Shown here: one piece after another, positions 19,037 to 29,284 of the stretch
Position numbering within the stretch: position 1 is the stretch's first letter
Layout: the number at the start of each line of letters is the position of its first letter
Source: Candidatus Latescibacterota bacterium
GTDB taxonomy: Bacteria > Latescibacterota > UBA2968 > SICM01
DNA length: 64,000 nt
Direction of reading: 5' to 3'
Assembly: GCA_965217865.1 (NCBI GenBank)
Contig: CBDCJO010000002.1
Location: forward strand, 4,224,001-4,288,000
Notes under the pieces: model-generated
The model's database searches: none
What the model was told of the DNA's origin: nothing
The model's input: the letters and a program-made list of their open reading frames with translations, nothing else
Program-made: the position numbers and the translations under genes

Positions 19037-20041
19037 TTGCCTTCTTTCATCCTCCATCGATTCCTCTCGCTCATTCCAACCCTGTTGGGAATCATCGTCG
19101 CAGTCTTCCTCATGGTCCATCTTGTTCCGGGCGATCCTGCACAGGTGATGCTGGGTGAGCGGGCGAGCGCGCAAAGCCTTGCAGAAGTCCGTGCCGAGAT
19201 GGGACTCGACCAGCCCCTCCACGTCCAGCTCGGGCGATTTCTTTCCGGCCTGGCAAAAGGCGATCTTGGACGGTCGATCAAGACGCACGAGCCGATCTGG
19301 GACGAACTGAAAACACGATTTCCGGCCACCGTCGAGCTTGCCCTCGCGAGTATGCTGTTCGCTTCGGTCTTCGGCATTACGGCAGGGGTGTTTTCCGCCA
19401 TACGGCGGGGATCGGCCATCGATTACACAGGAATGACCGCATCGCTGGTCGGTGTCTCCATGCCGATCTTCTGGCTTGGCCTGATCCTCATCCTCATTTT
19501 CTCCGTGAAGCTCGGCCTCTTTCCGATCTCGGGCCGGATCGATCCCCACGCCTTCGTCTCCCCAACAACTGGATTTCTGTTGATCGACAGCCTGCTTACC
19601 GGAAATCTCCGCGTCTTCGGGGATACCCTCCGTCATCTCGTCCTCCCGGCCGTGACCCTCGGGACCGTTCCGATGGCCGTCATCTCCAGGATGACACGAT
19701 CCAGCATGCTCGAAGTCTTGCACGAGGACTATATCAGAACCGCCCAGGCGAAGGGATTATCCGAATGGGCGACCGTCTCAAGGCACGCCATGCGCAACAG
19801 TTTTATCCCGGTGCTTACGGTCATGAGCATGGAGTTCGGCTACCTCCTCGGAGGGGCCGTAATCACCGAGACGATCTTTGCGTGGCCCGGTGTGGGACGT
19901 TGGCTACTCCTGGCCGTGGAAGCAAGGGACTTCCGGGCGGTGCAGGGCGGTGTCCTCCTTCTGTCAACCGTCTTTATCCTGATCAATCTCGTCGCAGATG
20001 TACTGTATGCCTGGCTGGATCCCAGGATCAAGTATCAATAA
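19037..20041 (+). CDS. dppB: Peptide ABC transporter permease
   Basis: LVPGDPA, GDLGRS, DYIRTAQAKGL, DPRI. Confidence 0.9.
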   Translation: MPSFILHRFLSLIPTLLGIIVAVFLMVHLVPGDPAQVMLGERASAQSLAEVRAEMGLDQPLHVQLGRFLSGLAKGDLGRSIKTHEPIWDELKTRFPATVELALASMLFASVFGITAGVFSAIRRGSAIDYTGMTASLVGVSMPIFWLGLILILIFSVKLGLFPISGRIDPHAFVSPTTGFLLIDSLLTGNLRVFGDTLRHLVLPAVTLGTVPMAVISRMTRSSMLEVLHEDYIRTAQAKGLSEWATVSRHAMRNSFIPVLTVMSMEFGYLLGGAVITETIFAWPGVGRWLLLAVEARDFRAVQGGVLLLSTVFILINLVADVLYAWLDPRIKYQ

Positions 20042-20053
20042 CGGGAGATAGAG

Positions 20054-20962
20054 ATGACGCCCAATGATCCGAAAGAGCGGAGGATGGGGGGAACCGGGGA
20101 GGGCGGAAAAGGAGCTCCCTCCCCACGCCCTCACGCTCTCCTACTCCTCTGGCGCAGGATGCGTAGGAATCGCCTTTCCCTGGCCGGGGGGCTCCTGCTC
20201 CTTCTCTTCCTGGGTGTTGCGGCCTTCGCGCCTTGGATCGCCCCGATGGATCCCCATTCACAGGACCTTTATGGCCGGCTTTCTCCGCCATCTCTGAAGA
20301 ACTGGTTCGGAACGGATGATTTTGGCCGGGATATACTGAGCCGGATCATCTACGGATCACGCATCTCCCTCCGGGTTGGAGTGGCAGCCGTGGCCATCGC
20401 CCTTTTAATCGGCACGTTCATCGGCCTGATCGCAGGCTACTGGGGAGGCATTCTCGACAACCTTTTGATGAGGTTCATGGACATGATGCTCGCTTTTCCC
20501 AGCATCCTTTTGGCCATCGTCATCGTGGCCATACTCGGTCCGGGCCTTGCAAACGCGATGCTCGCCATAGGAATCGTCTCTATTCCGAAGTATGCCCGTC
20601 TGGTGCGTGCTTCTGTCCTTTCCATCCGTGAGAAGGACTACGTTGCCGCGGCACGTGCCCTTGGGGCCGGAGATGCACGGATCATCCTGACCGCGATTCT
20701 TCCAAACTGCATCGCCCCGCTCACTGTCCAATCAACTCTCGGCATGGCCAGCGCCATCCTTGATGCGGCCGGACTCAGCTTCCTTGGGTTAGGGGCGCAA
20801 CCCCCAATCCCGGAATGGGGGGCCATGTTGAGCGGAGGGCGGGACTTTATCACGAAGGCCCCCTGGGTACTGACCTTTCCGGGCCTCGCGATCCTGCTCA
20901 CGGTTCTCTCCTTCAATATGCTGGGGGATGGCCTTCGAGACGCCCTGGATCCGAAGGGTTAG
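20054..20962 (+). CDS. dppC: Peptide ABC transporter permease
   Basis: FGTDDFGRD, LSFLGLG..PEWG, GDGLRDALDP. Confidence 0.9.
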   Translation: MTPNDPKERRMGGTGEGGKGAPSPRPHALLLLWRRMRRNRLSLAGGLLLLLFLGVAAFAPWIAPMDPHSQDLYGRLSPPSLKNWFGTDDFGRDILSRIIYGSRISLRVGVAAVAIALLIGTFIGLIAGYWGGILDNLLMRFMDMMLAFPSILLAIVIVAILGPGLANAMLAIGIVSIPKYARLVRASVLSIREKDYVAAARALGAGDARIILTAILPNCIAPLTVQSTLGMASAILDAAGLSFLGLGAQPPIPEWGAMLSGGRDFITKAPWVLTFPGLAILLTVLSFNMLGDGLRDALDPKG

Positions 20963-21405
20963 CAAGAAAAAGGGGGACCTTGGGGGGGGTTAGAAACAAA
21001 CAAAATGACTTTCCAATTAAAGAAGTCAACCTGTACTCTCAGTAACATAAATCATAATATCGGTTTTTGACGCGAAGCGAACTTGGGGGGAGTGGGGACA
21101 AACAAAATGACCCTTCAATTACGGAGTCTACCTGAACCCTCAATACCTCAGTCATATTATCGGTTTCTGGGCGCGACTCTGTCCCTCCTTATTAACGTTC
21201 CACCGGAGTCCGGTTAAGCCACGAGCCCTCTCGGTACAACACAAAATTCTGATTGCCATCTACATTTCGGCTTAGGCGCGCCCAGCCTCCGCGGCGTTTG
21301 AGCGGCATATGAGCAAGAAAAAGGGCGACCTTGGGGGGTGGGGTTGGATGAAAACAAGATGACTCTCGACTCTTGACACCCATCCCAGGCCAGCGATGGT
21401 GCCGC
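20961..21405 (+). repeat. Modular intergenic repeat cluster 1
   Basis: Copies of module A (GCAAGAAAAAGGGCGAC..AAAATGACT..TCATATTATCGGTTTT..GCGCGA) and module B (CTGTCCCTCC..CCTCCGCGGCGTTTGAGC). Confidence 0.85.
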
Positions 21406-21511
21406 ATTAAGGGTTAGGACACCAGCCTAACTTGACAGTCCAAACGGTTTCGCCTATATTCAATTTGAGGTTGAAATTCATAATTAATGGGAATTATTCC
21501 GTAAAATCGGG

Positions 21512-23266
21512 GTGAAATCACACTCAGGAAATTCAACGTTGCCCGCCTTCCGTGCCCTTATCTCCATTCTGATTTTTCTTTCCGGGGGCTGCGCCTCCAC
21601 CCTCCAGACCGTCTCTCCCGAACCCGAAACCGTAGTCCGAGAACCTGCGGATCCTCGCGCCGTGGAATTCCTGATCGCCGCAAAGGTCTATGAGTTTCAG
21701 GGGAAACACGCAAAGGCCGCTGCGGAACTCGAAAAGGCCGTGGCGATCGATTCATCCTCCGTGACACTATCCCGGGCACTCGTGGAAAACTATCTTCGAG
21801 CCAACAACCCCGGGGCGAGTCTTTCCGTTGCAAGGCGGGCGGTCTCTCTCGATTCATCCTCTGTTGAACTCCGATGGCTCTTCGTGACAGCGCTTCGGAA
21901 AACCGGGGATGACTCGACCGCCGCAGAGGAGATGGAATCGATCCTTGCCCTCGACCCCCAACAATTGGAGGCCTATACCCACCTGGCTGATTTCTACCGT
22001 CGAACAGCTCAACCCAATCGGTTGATCGCAGTCCTCGACCGCCTGAGACAACTGCCAAACCTGACGATTAACACCAGACTTCAAATAACCAGACAGTACG
22101 TTGAAGTCGACCTTCTCGACAAGGCGGAAGCCGAATGCAGGGCCATCCTTGAGGAACATCCTGAGACCGAACGGGCATGGCAGGCCCTTGGCCTGATCCA
22201 GATTGCCATGAAGGACTCCCTGGCTGCTGCGAAAACCTGCCGCAGGGCCCTATCCGCAACGCAGCTCAAGATGGACAGTCCTGTCCGCCAGTTCCTCGTT
22301 TCCCTCTATCGTACCAAAAACCTTCTTGACTCGACGCTCGAGGAGGTCCCTCCGGACACGACATTTCTTTCTGACCTGGGTCGCTCTTTCCTTGCTTCAC
22401 GGCTTTTTCCAGAGGCCACCCGGACCTTCGAAAGGATCATCTCTGCACCCCATCCATCCGTCCATCAATGGATCGACGCTGCGTTTGTATACGGGGCGCA
22501 GGGAAATATCGGGCGCTCTGCCGAGATACTCCGAAAAGCATTGGCCATGTTTCCGGACAACGACGGCCTGCTCTACCACTTCGGCCGAACCCTGATGGGG
22601 ATGGGGGAATTAGAGGAGGCGGAAGAGGCATTTCGGAAAGCTTATGCCCTCAACCCCGACCATCACGATTATCAATACGGTATCGGGCTTGTATACCAGC
22701 GACAGAAAAGGTGGTCGAATGCCGTCCAGACCTTTACCGATCTTTCGAGAAAGGTGCCGGAGCGGAGCATTCGGTATATCGATGTTCTCTTCGGCCTGGG
22801 GAGTAGCCTGGAACGATCCGGCCGGTTTGAAGATTCCGTGGAAGCATTCCAGAAGTTGATAAATCTTTCGCCGCGTCACGCGGAAGCCCTCAACTACCTG
22901 GGTTACATGTTTGCTGAAAAGGGAATACGCCTCGATGAGGCCGAAACCCTCGTCAAGCGGGCCCTTGCCGAAGATCCGGATAATGGGGCTTTCCTCGACA
23001 GCCTTGGATGGACGCACTACCAGCGAGGACAGTACAATGAGGCCGAGAAACTCCTGGATAAGGCGATTCACGCGGAGATCAAACGGAACGGAGATGAGGA
23101 CAGCATCTCCATCATATGGGAGCACATCGGGGACAATGCAATGACGCTCGGAAAACAACAAAAGGCCCTGGAGAGCTGGCAGAAGGCCATACAGGCAAAT
23201 CCCTCGAATAAAAAGATCGGGGAAAAGCTCCAGGCGTTGAAAAGGGAAATGCAAAATGGAAAGTGA
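21512..23266 (+). CDS. TPR-repeat lipoprotein
   Basis: Lipobox-like SGGC; multiple TPRs; ALNYLGY, FLDSLGW. Confidence 0.88.
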   Translation: MKSHSGNSTLPAFRALISILIFLSGGCASTLQTVSPEPETVVREPADPRAVEFLIAAKVYEFQGKHAKAAAELEKAVAIDSSSVTLSRALVENYLRANNPGASLSVARRAVSLDSSSVELRWLFVTALRKTGDDSTAAEEMESILALDPQQLEAYTHLADFYRRTAQPNRLIAVLDRLRQLPNLTINTRLQITRQYVEVDLLDKAEAECRAILEEHPETERAWQALGLIQIAMKDSLAAAKTCRRALSATQLKMDSPVRQFLVSLYRTKNLLDSTLEEVPPDTTFLSDLGRSFLASRLFPEATRTFERIISAPHPSVHQWIDAAFVYGAQGNIGRSAEILRKALAMFPDNDGLLYHFGRTLMGMGELEEAEEAFRKAYALNPDHHDYQYGIGLVYQRQKRWSNAVQTFTDLSRKVPERSIRYIDVLFGLGSSLERSGRFEDSVEAFQKLINLSPRHAEALNYLGYMFAEKGIRLDEAETLVKRALAEDPDNGAFLDSLGWTHYQRGQYNEAEKLLDKAIHAEIKRNGDEDSISIIWEHIGDNAMTLGKQQKALESWQKAIQANPSNKKIGEKLQALKREMQNGK

Positions 23267-24056
23267 AAAATGGAGATTGCAAAACAACCCCTTCCATTTT
23301 CCATTTTTCATTTTGCATGTTTCACTTTCCTTCCTCCTCCTCTCCTGCGCAGCTCCCAAGTCCCTCCAGCGGCAAGTCCCTTTCGAATCCGCTGCAGACC
23401 TCCTGCAGATCGTTTCCGACGACATCTCCCGGCTTCAGACCTTCGAGGGTGAAGCCCGGATATCCGTTCGCATCGAAGGGGTGAGACACAAGGCTTCGGC
23501 CATGGTCCTTTTCCGGCGGCCGGATCTGCTTAAGTTCGAGGTCACCGGGACCCTGGGCATGCGCCTCCTGACCGGGGTGGCCACTTCGGAAAGCCTCCGT
23601 ATCTTCCTCCCCCGAGTCGGCGATCTTTATGAGGGACCGGCGGACGGGGACATCCTTGAGCGGATCACAGGAGTGAACCTGAGCGCATGGCCTCCCTGGA
23701 AGGCCATGCTGGGTGTGGCCTCGTGCAATTCCCGCCCGGAAAGGGAAATCGAGAAACAGGGGGATCGACTCTTCGTGTGGACAGTTGGAGAAAAATTCAA
23801 ACGCCGGCTGACATTCGATAGGAAAAGTTTGACACTCGCGGCGGAGGAAATCTACGATGATGCTGGGGAAACGATCGCCAAAAGAACCATGTCGGACTAC
23901 CGATCGGTGAAAGGGGTGGTCCTTCCGCGACGGATCGCATTAATCCAGGGGGAGGACGAGATCAGACTCGATTACAAGACCTGGAAGATCAACGAAGAAA
24001 TGAGGGATGAAAGGCTGCGGCTGCGGTTGCCCAGGGAGGTGAATCGGGTTAAGTGA
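23256..24056 (+). CDS. DUF4292/LolB-like lipoprotein
   Basis: LLSC lipobox; beta-rich LolA/LolB-like sequence; follows the TPR gene. Confidence 0.65.
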   Translation: MESEKWRLQNNPFHFPFFILHVSLSFLLLSCAAPKSLQRQVPFESAADLLQIVSDDISRLQTFEGEARISVRIEGVRHKASAMVLFRRPDLLKFEVTGTLGMRLLTGVATSESLRIFLPRVGDLYEGPADGDILERITGVNLSAWPPWKAMLGVASCNSRPEREIEKQGDRLFVWTVGEKFKRRLTFDRKSLTLAAEEIYDDAGETIAKRTMSDYRSVKGVVLPRRIALIQGEDEIRLDYKTWKINEEMRDERLRLRLPREVNRVK

Positions 24057-24084
24057 GGAGGAGCAGGGGCCGGGTTCCAGGTGC

Positions 24085-25215
24085 TAAGTGGATTGTTTCG
24101 AAAGCCACGTCCTGAGCCCTTCGGCTAGCTCAGGATGAACTCCGTAGCGCGTCAACGTTGCGGAGTCGAAGGAAGGCACTAAATTCTGATTGCATGTAGT
24201 GCCCGGCATGAGCAAGAAATTGGACGAACTTGGGGAAGGGGTTGGATGAAAACAAAATGACTCTCCAATCACGGAAGCCTAACGGTACTCTCATTGCCTG
24301 AATCATACTATTGGTTTTTGGGCGCGACTCTGTCCCTCCTTTGAACGTACCGCCCAGCCTCGGCTTCCGGTTTTGACTTTCCCGGCCTGACCTCTTGCCC
24401 CTGATCCGGCCTTTCCATGGTCCCCGACCTCTGGCCCCTGACTTTTCCAATTTTCTTTTTTCTTTTTTCATTTCCATGGCCTCCGCGGCGCTGCGAACTT
24501 AGGTGTTAGCTAGAAAAAAAGCGACTTGGGAGGAGTGGAGACAAACGAAATGACTCTCCAATCACGGAAGCCTAACGGTACTCTCAGTACCTGAATCATA
24601 TTATCGGTTTTGGGGCGCGACGCTGTCCCTCCTTATTAACCTTCCACCCAAAGCACGGTAAAGGCACAAGCCCTCTCGGGACCACACAAAATCCTGATTG
24701 CCATCTTACACTTCGGCTTCGGCGCGCCCAGCCTCCGCGGCGTTTGAGCAGAGCATGTCCTGAGCGGAGCGGCGGTTTTGCCGCGTAGTCGAAGGATCCT
24801 TCTTTTTCAGCCCTTTTTCTAGGATGAGCAAGAAAAAGGGCGACCTGGGGGAGGGGTTGGAAGCAAACAAAATGACTCTTCAATTACAGAAGTCTACCCG
24901 TACTCTCAGTACCTGAATCATATGCTCGGTTTTTGGGCGCGACTCTGTCCCTCCTTTTTAATGTTCCACTGGGGCCCGGTTAAGTCACGATCCCTCTCGG
25001 AACCACACAAAATTCTGATTGCTATCCTACATTCCGGCTTAGGCGCGCCCAGCCTCCGCGGCGTTTGAGCAGAGCATGTCCTGAGCGGAGCGGCGGTTTT
25101 GCCGCGTAGTCGAAGGATCCTTCTTTTTCAGCCCTTTTTCTAGGATGAGCAAGAAAAAGGGCGACCTGGGGGGAGGGGTTGGAAGCAGGACATCAATCCC
25201 AGGCCAGCGGTGTTG
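24085..25215 (+). repeat. Modular intergenic repeat cluster 2, with REP-like CCTGAGC..AGTCGAAGG palindromes
   Basis: Near-identical ~145 bp at 24721-24864 and 25042-25186; several A and B modules. Confidence 0.9.
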
Positions 25216-25256
25216 TTAAATGAAAGGCTAATTCCGGTACACTCCACTGGTTCCCT

Positions 25257-26093
25257 TCACACCGCCATCTCCGCTTTAATCGCAGGATGATGCCGGTAAT
25301 CGATCAGTTCAAAATCATCAAAACCAAAATCTTCGATCGTTTTCTGTCCCCTCTCGTTGATCTGGAGTGCGGGCAGGGGGAAAGGGATCCGCTTCAACTG
25401 CTCCTTCACGGCATCGATATGGTTCAGGTAAATGTGGGTGTCCCCGAGGGTATGGATGAATTCGTGAGGCTCCAGGTTTGTGATCTTTGCGACCATATGG
25501 AGCAGGAGGGAGTAGGAGGCGATGTTCAAAGGAACGCCCAGGAACATGTCGCACGAGCGCTGGTACATCTGGAGAGACAACCGGTTTCCTTCAACGTAGA
25601 ACTGAAAGAAGGAATGACACGGAGGAAGCGCGACCTCCTTCGGGTCCGCCTCAGCGGCGTTCCAGGCATCCACGATGATCCGCCTCGAGTCCGGATTGTC
25701 CCGGATAGTGTCGATGGCCTCCTGTAGCTGATCGACCGTCCGGTCCACCCCCCGCCATTTCCGCCACTGCACACCGTAGATCCTCCCCATCGACCCGTCC
25801 CCCTCCGACCTCCCGGTTCTTTTCAAATAATCTCTGTAATTTCCGTCCCAGAGCTTGTTATGGGGATAGATCTTTTTGAGATCGTTGATGTTGTCGGATC
25901 CCGAGATGAACCAGAGCAGTTCGGAGACCATCGATTTCCATACCAGCCTTTTGGTCGTCACGGCCGGAAAGCCATCGCTCATAAGAAACCGATCCTGGAA
26001 GCCGAAGCACGAGATGACCCCCACTCCGGTCCGATCCTTCTTCTCAGTCCCGTGATCCAGAATATATCGCAACTGGTCTAAATAGGTCTTCAC
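25257..26093 (-). CDS. thyA: Thymidylate synthase
   Basis: DRTGVG, YGVQWR, ALPPCH, YQRSCDMFLGVPLN, HIYLNH. Confidence 0.97.
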   Translation of the reverse strand: MKTYLDQLRYILDHGTEKKDRTGVGVISCFGFQDRFLMSDGFPAVTTKRLVWKSMVSELLWFISGSDNINDLKKIYPHNKLWDGNYRDYLKRTGRSEGDGSMGRIYGVQWRKWRGVDRTVDQLQEAIDTIRDNPDSRRIIVDAWNAAEADPKEVALPPCHSFFQFYVEGNRLSLQMYQRSCDMFLGVPLNIASYSLLLHMVAKITNLEPHEFIHTLGDTHIYLNHIDAVKEQLKRIPFPLPALQINERGQKTIEDFGFDDFELIDYRHHPAIKAEMAV

Positions 26094-26172
26094 GTTGCCC
26101 CCCCAAACCGCAGTTGCTGTCCGATCTATAGCTGGAACTCTTTTGACATTTCATCATCCCTCACCCTTTTCT

Positions 26173-27315
26173 TCATTTTTCCCTTCCATACCTCCTCCCC
26201 TTCCAAACAAATCCTCCAAAACTCCCAGCTATCCCTGCGAAGACGATATAAGGATATTGAAGAATCGTCCAGATCGGAAAGACCCACAAAAGATCGAAAC
26301 GCTTGAAAAGGGAAGCCCCGCGAACCAGGACGACGAAGTCCGCCAGCGATTTCGTCAGAAAGCAGAGGAGGGAAACGCTTAAAAAATTGCCCTGGTAGAG
26401 TGCATGGACCAGGGCAACCGGAATTAGAAGATGGGTGAGGAAAAGCGATGCGATATAAAGGAAAAAGGGTCTGTTTAATCGGACTTGATAGGCCGCGTTC
26501 GAAGCCCATCGCGACCGCTGCCCGAGGAATCCGGGGAGGGACTCGACCCGATCCGTGGTGTTAAACGACCCGGGGTCCGTGTTAAAAACGATCCGTCCAA
26601 GCCCTGTCCGGCGAAACAGCTGGAGAAGCAGGACGTCGTCCCCCGACGGCCTTTGCGCGATATCCCGGAACCCCCCCGAAGCCTCGAACAGGGACCGCAG
26701 GTATGCCAGGTTCTGGCCCGATGCTGCCCACGGAACACCGAGGTTCGCTGCTCCGGCTGCAGCGGACATGAGCGCCAGAAAATCGACCCCCTGCAATTTC
26801 TGGATCAACGTGTGGCTGTTCGAACGGTTGACTTGGGAGAACCCGATGACCCCTACGACCCCGGGTCCGAAACAGGCTGCGGTGGACGCAACCCAAGTCG
26901 GGGGAACCCGGCAGTCCGCATCGGTCGTCATCACCACCTCGCCCCGACTCCCCCGGATTCCCGCGTTCATCGGCCGCTTTTTGGCCTTCAGCCCCTCATC
27001 CTCAGGTCCGGGGGTCAACACCCGAACTTGAGCGTTCCGTTCGCGGAACCCCTCCACCACCTCCCGGGTACCGTCTTCCGAGTCATCGTCCACCACGATG
27101 ATCTCAAAACGATTCGCCGGATAGGTTTGCCGAACAAGACTCTCGAGACATTCGCCGATAAACGATTCTTCGTTCCGCGCGGCAACCACGACCGAAATAA
27201 ATGGTTGGGCGACCACCCCTCCCTTCCGGTTCCGGAACATTCCGATAACGAAAAACAACGAAGCAACAACAGTTAAACTTGTGACTGAGATCAGAACCTG
27301 ATCCAGAAGGGTCAC
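26173..27315 (-). CDS. Glycosyltransferase family 2
   Basis: ISVVVAARNEE, VDDDSED, TDADC, QRSRW; GTG start overlaps the upstream stop. Confidence 0.9.
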   Translation of the reverse strand: MTLLDQVLISVTSLTVVASLFFVIGMFRNRKGGVVAQPFISVVVAARNEESFIGECLESLVRQTYPANRFEIIVVDDDSEDGTREVVEGFRERNAQVRVLTPGPEDEGLKAKKRPMNAGIRGSRGEVVMTTDADCRVPPTWVASTAACFGPGVVGVIGFSQVNRSNSHTLIQKLQGVDFLALMSAAAGAANLGVPWAASGQNLAYLRSLFEASGGFRDIAQRPSGDDVLLLQLFRRTGLGRIVFNTDPGSFNTTDRVESLPGFLGQRSRWASNAAYQVRLNRPFFLYIASLFLTHLLIPVALVHALYQGNFLSVSLLCFLTKSLADFVVLVRGASLFKRFDLLWVFPIWTILQYPYIVFAGIAGSFGGFVWKGRRYGREK

Positions 27316-28370
27316 TTTCGGATGTCCTCGATGTCGAAGAACTGGTCCTTCAACCCTTCGGAGCAGTTGCTGCACATCGGGATGCTCGCACGATCTGAGA
27401 GGACCCTGTTCCTGAAGTCCCGGTACGCCGTCCCTTCCCAAACCTCTGAAAGGCTCTGTCCCTGAACCGCATTGCCAAGGCTGTGCCTCCCGTCCTTGTC
27501 GAAACAACACGGAGATACAGAGCCGTCCCAGTTGACCACAGTGCTGTACCAGAGATGTTTGCAGCTGTTCACTACGGGTGCCTTGGTCACCAGCCCCTCC
27601 ACGCCATAGCGATAACGGCTGTGCCGCTCTTCCGTCGGGAGATAGAGATCCCGATCGGTTTCGGTATAGACCTGTGCAGTCTTCAGGGAGATCCGATCCG
27701 CCCCCAGCCGGCGGCCAAGGCTTCGCGCCTCGTCGATCTCTCCCTCATTATGCTTCATGATGATGAACTGTAGATGGATGACCGGGTGATCCGCCCTCAT
27801 GTCATGCTTTGCCTGGCACAGGGTGCGAATCCCCTCGACCACCCGATTGAAGTTCCCACCGACCCGGTACTTCGCGTAGGACGCTTCGGTCGTACCGTCC
27901 AGAGACACGATGATCTCGTCGAGCCCGGATGACACGATTTCGCGGGCGTCCTCCTGAGATCGAATGAAGTGGACATTCGTGCTCGTAATCGTCGGGATGC
28001 GTTTTGACTTTGCATACCGGACCATATCCAGAAGATCTTTGTTGATAAACGGCTCCCCCTGGTTCCAGAGCATCAGCAGAAAGATGTAGTCCGAGGCCTC
28101 GTCCAGGATGTGGTAGAAGTGTGTCAACGCCATATTCCCACGGCCTCGCCCCAGTGTATCGTTTCCGGACGGACAGAGGGGACACCGCAGGTTGCAGAAA
28201 CTCGTCGGTTCGATCATCAGCACGCATGGCCGTCCAAAACGAAGGTCCCGCCTGAACATTCGGGAGAGGCTGTATGAAGTCACGACCTTTCCGAAGTTCC
28301 ATGCCCTGCGCCACGTAAGGGAGCTACGGTAACGAAGGACCGCATCGGGAAGTAATTTCCAGGAGAACAT
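27312..28370 (-). CDS. Radical SAM/SPASM domain protein
   Basis: CNLRCPLC; C-terminal C..DG.V.PCC..G..W..CSNC. Confidence 0.92.
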   Translation of the reverse strand: MFSWKLLPDAVLRYRSSLTWRRAWNFGKVVTSYSLSRMFRRDLRFGRPCVLMIEPTSFCNLRCPLCPSGNDTLGRGRGNMALTHFYHILDEASDYIFLLMLWNQGEPFINKDLLDMVRYAKSKRIPTITSTNVHFIRSQEDAREIVSSGLDEIIVSLDGTTEASYAKYRVGGNFNRVVEGIRTLCQAKHDMRADHPVIHLQFIIMKHNEGEIDEARSLGRRLGADRISLKTAQVYTETDRDLYLPTEERHSRYRYGVEGLVTKAPVVNSCKHLWYSTVVNWDGSVSPCCFDKDGRHSLGNAVQGQSLSEVWEGTAYRDFRNRVLSDRASIPMCSNCSEGLKDQFFDIEDIRK

Positions 28371-28486
28371 AAGAAGATTGGTGAGTGGTGTACGGTGAGT
28401 GTTCAGTGGTGACACGTAATTCTTGAGTCATCACCGAATCAAGTTCGACATAAAACGCAGACGGGTCAACCCTATTCTTCTCTCTA

Positions 28487-29250
28487 CTAGTGATTGTTTC
28501 GAAAGCCACGTCCTGAGCGGAGCAGCGCTTCAGCGCTGCGTAGGCGAAGGAGATCTTTCTTTTTGCGTCCTTTTTCTTAGGGATGTGGGTTGCGAGCAAG
28601 CGAGCACGGTGGGTGGTAACAAAAAAAAAGGACGACCTGGGGGAGAGAATGTAAGCAAACAAAAGACTCTCCAATTATGGAAGTCTACCTGTACTCACAG
28701 TACCTGAATCATATTATCGGTTTTTGGGCGCGACGCTGTCCCTCCTTATTAACCTTCCACCCAAAGCACGGTAAAGGCACAAGCCCTCTCGGGACCACAC
28801 AAAATCCTGATTGCCATCTTACACTTCGGCTTCGGCGCGCCCAGCCTCCGCGGCGTTTGAGCGGCATCCTTCTTTTTCAGCCCTTTTTCTAGGATGAGCA
28901 AGAAAAAGGGCGACCTTGGGGGGTGGGGTTGGAAGCAAACAAATTGCTCTCCAATTACGGAAGCCTAACGGCACTTTCAGTACCTGAGTCATATTATCGG
29001 TTTTGGGCGCGACACGGTTTCATTGCATTTTTCATTTTTCATTTTGCATTTCCATGGCCTCCGCGGCGTTTGAGCAGAGCCTGTCCTGAGCGGAGCGGCG
29101 CATCAGCGCCGCGTAGTCGAAGGATCTTTCATTTTGGCACTTTTTCTAACGAGCAAGAAAAAGTGCGAACTTGGAGGTAGGGTGAGATCAAACGAGCAAT
29201 GGTGGGGTGGTAGCAAGAGAAAGGGCGATCTGGGGGAGGGGTGTGGGGGT
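28487..29250 (+). repeat. Modular intergenic repeat cluster 3
   Basis: 28697-28862 is near-identical to ~24585-24749; further A modules and REP-like palindromes. Confidence 0.9.
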
Positions 29251-29284
29251 TAGGTCCGACCCCCGACGCCTGACCCCCGATTTC

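Noticed and set aside
20961-29250. CRISPR array
   Set aside because: Units are 100-320 bp mosaics with no unique spacers, and there are no cas genes.
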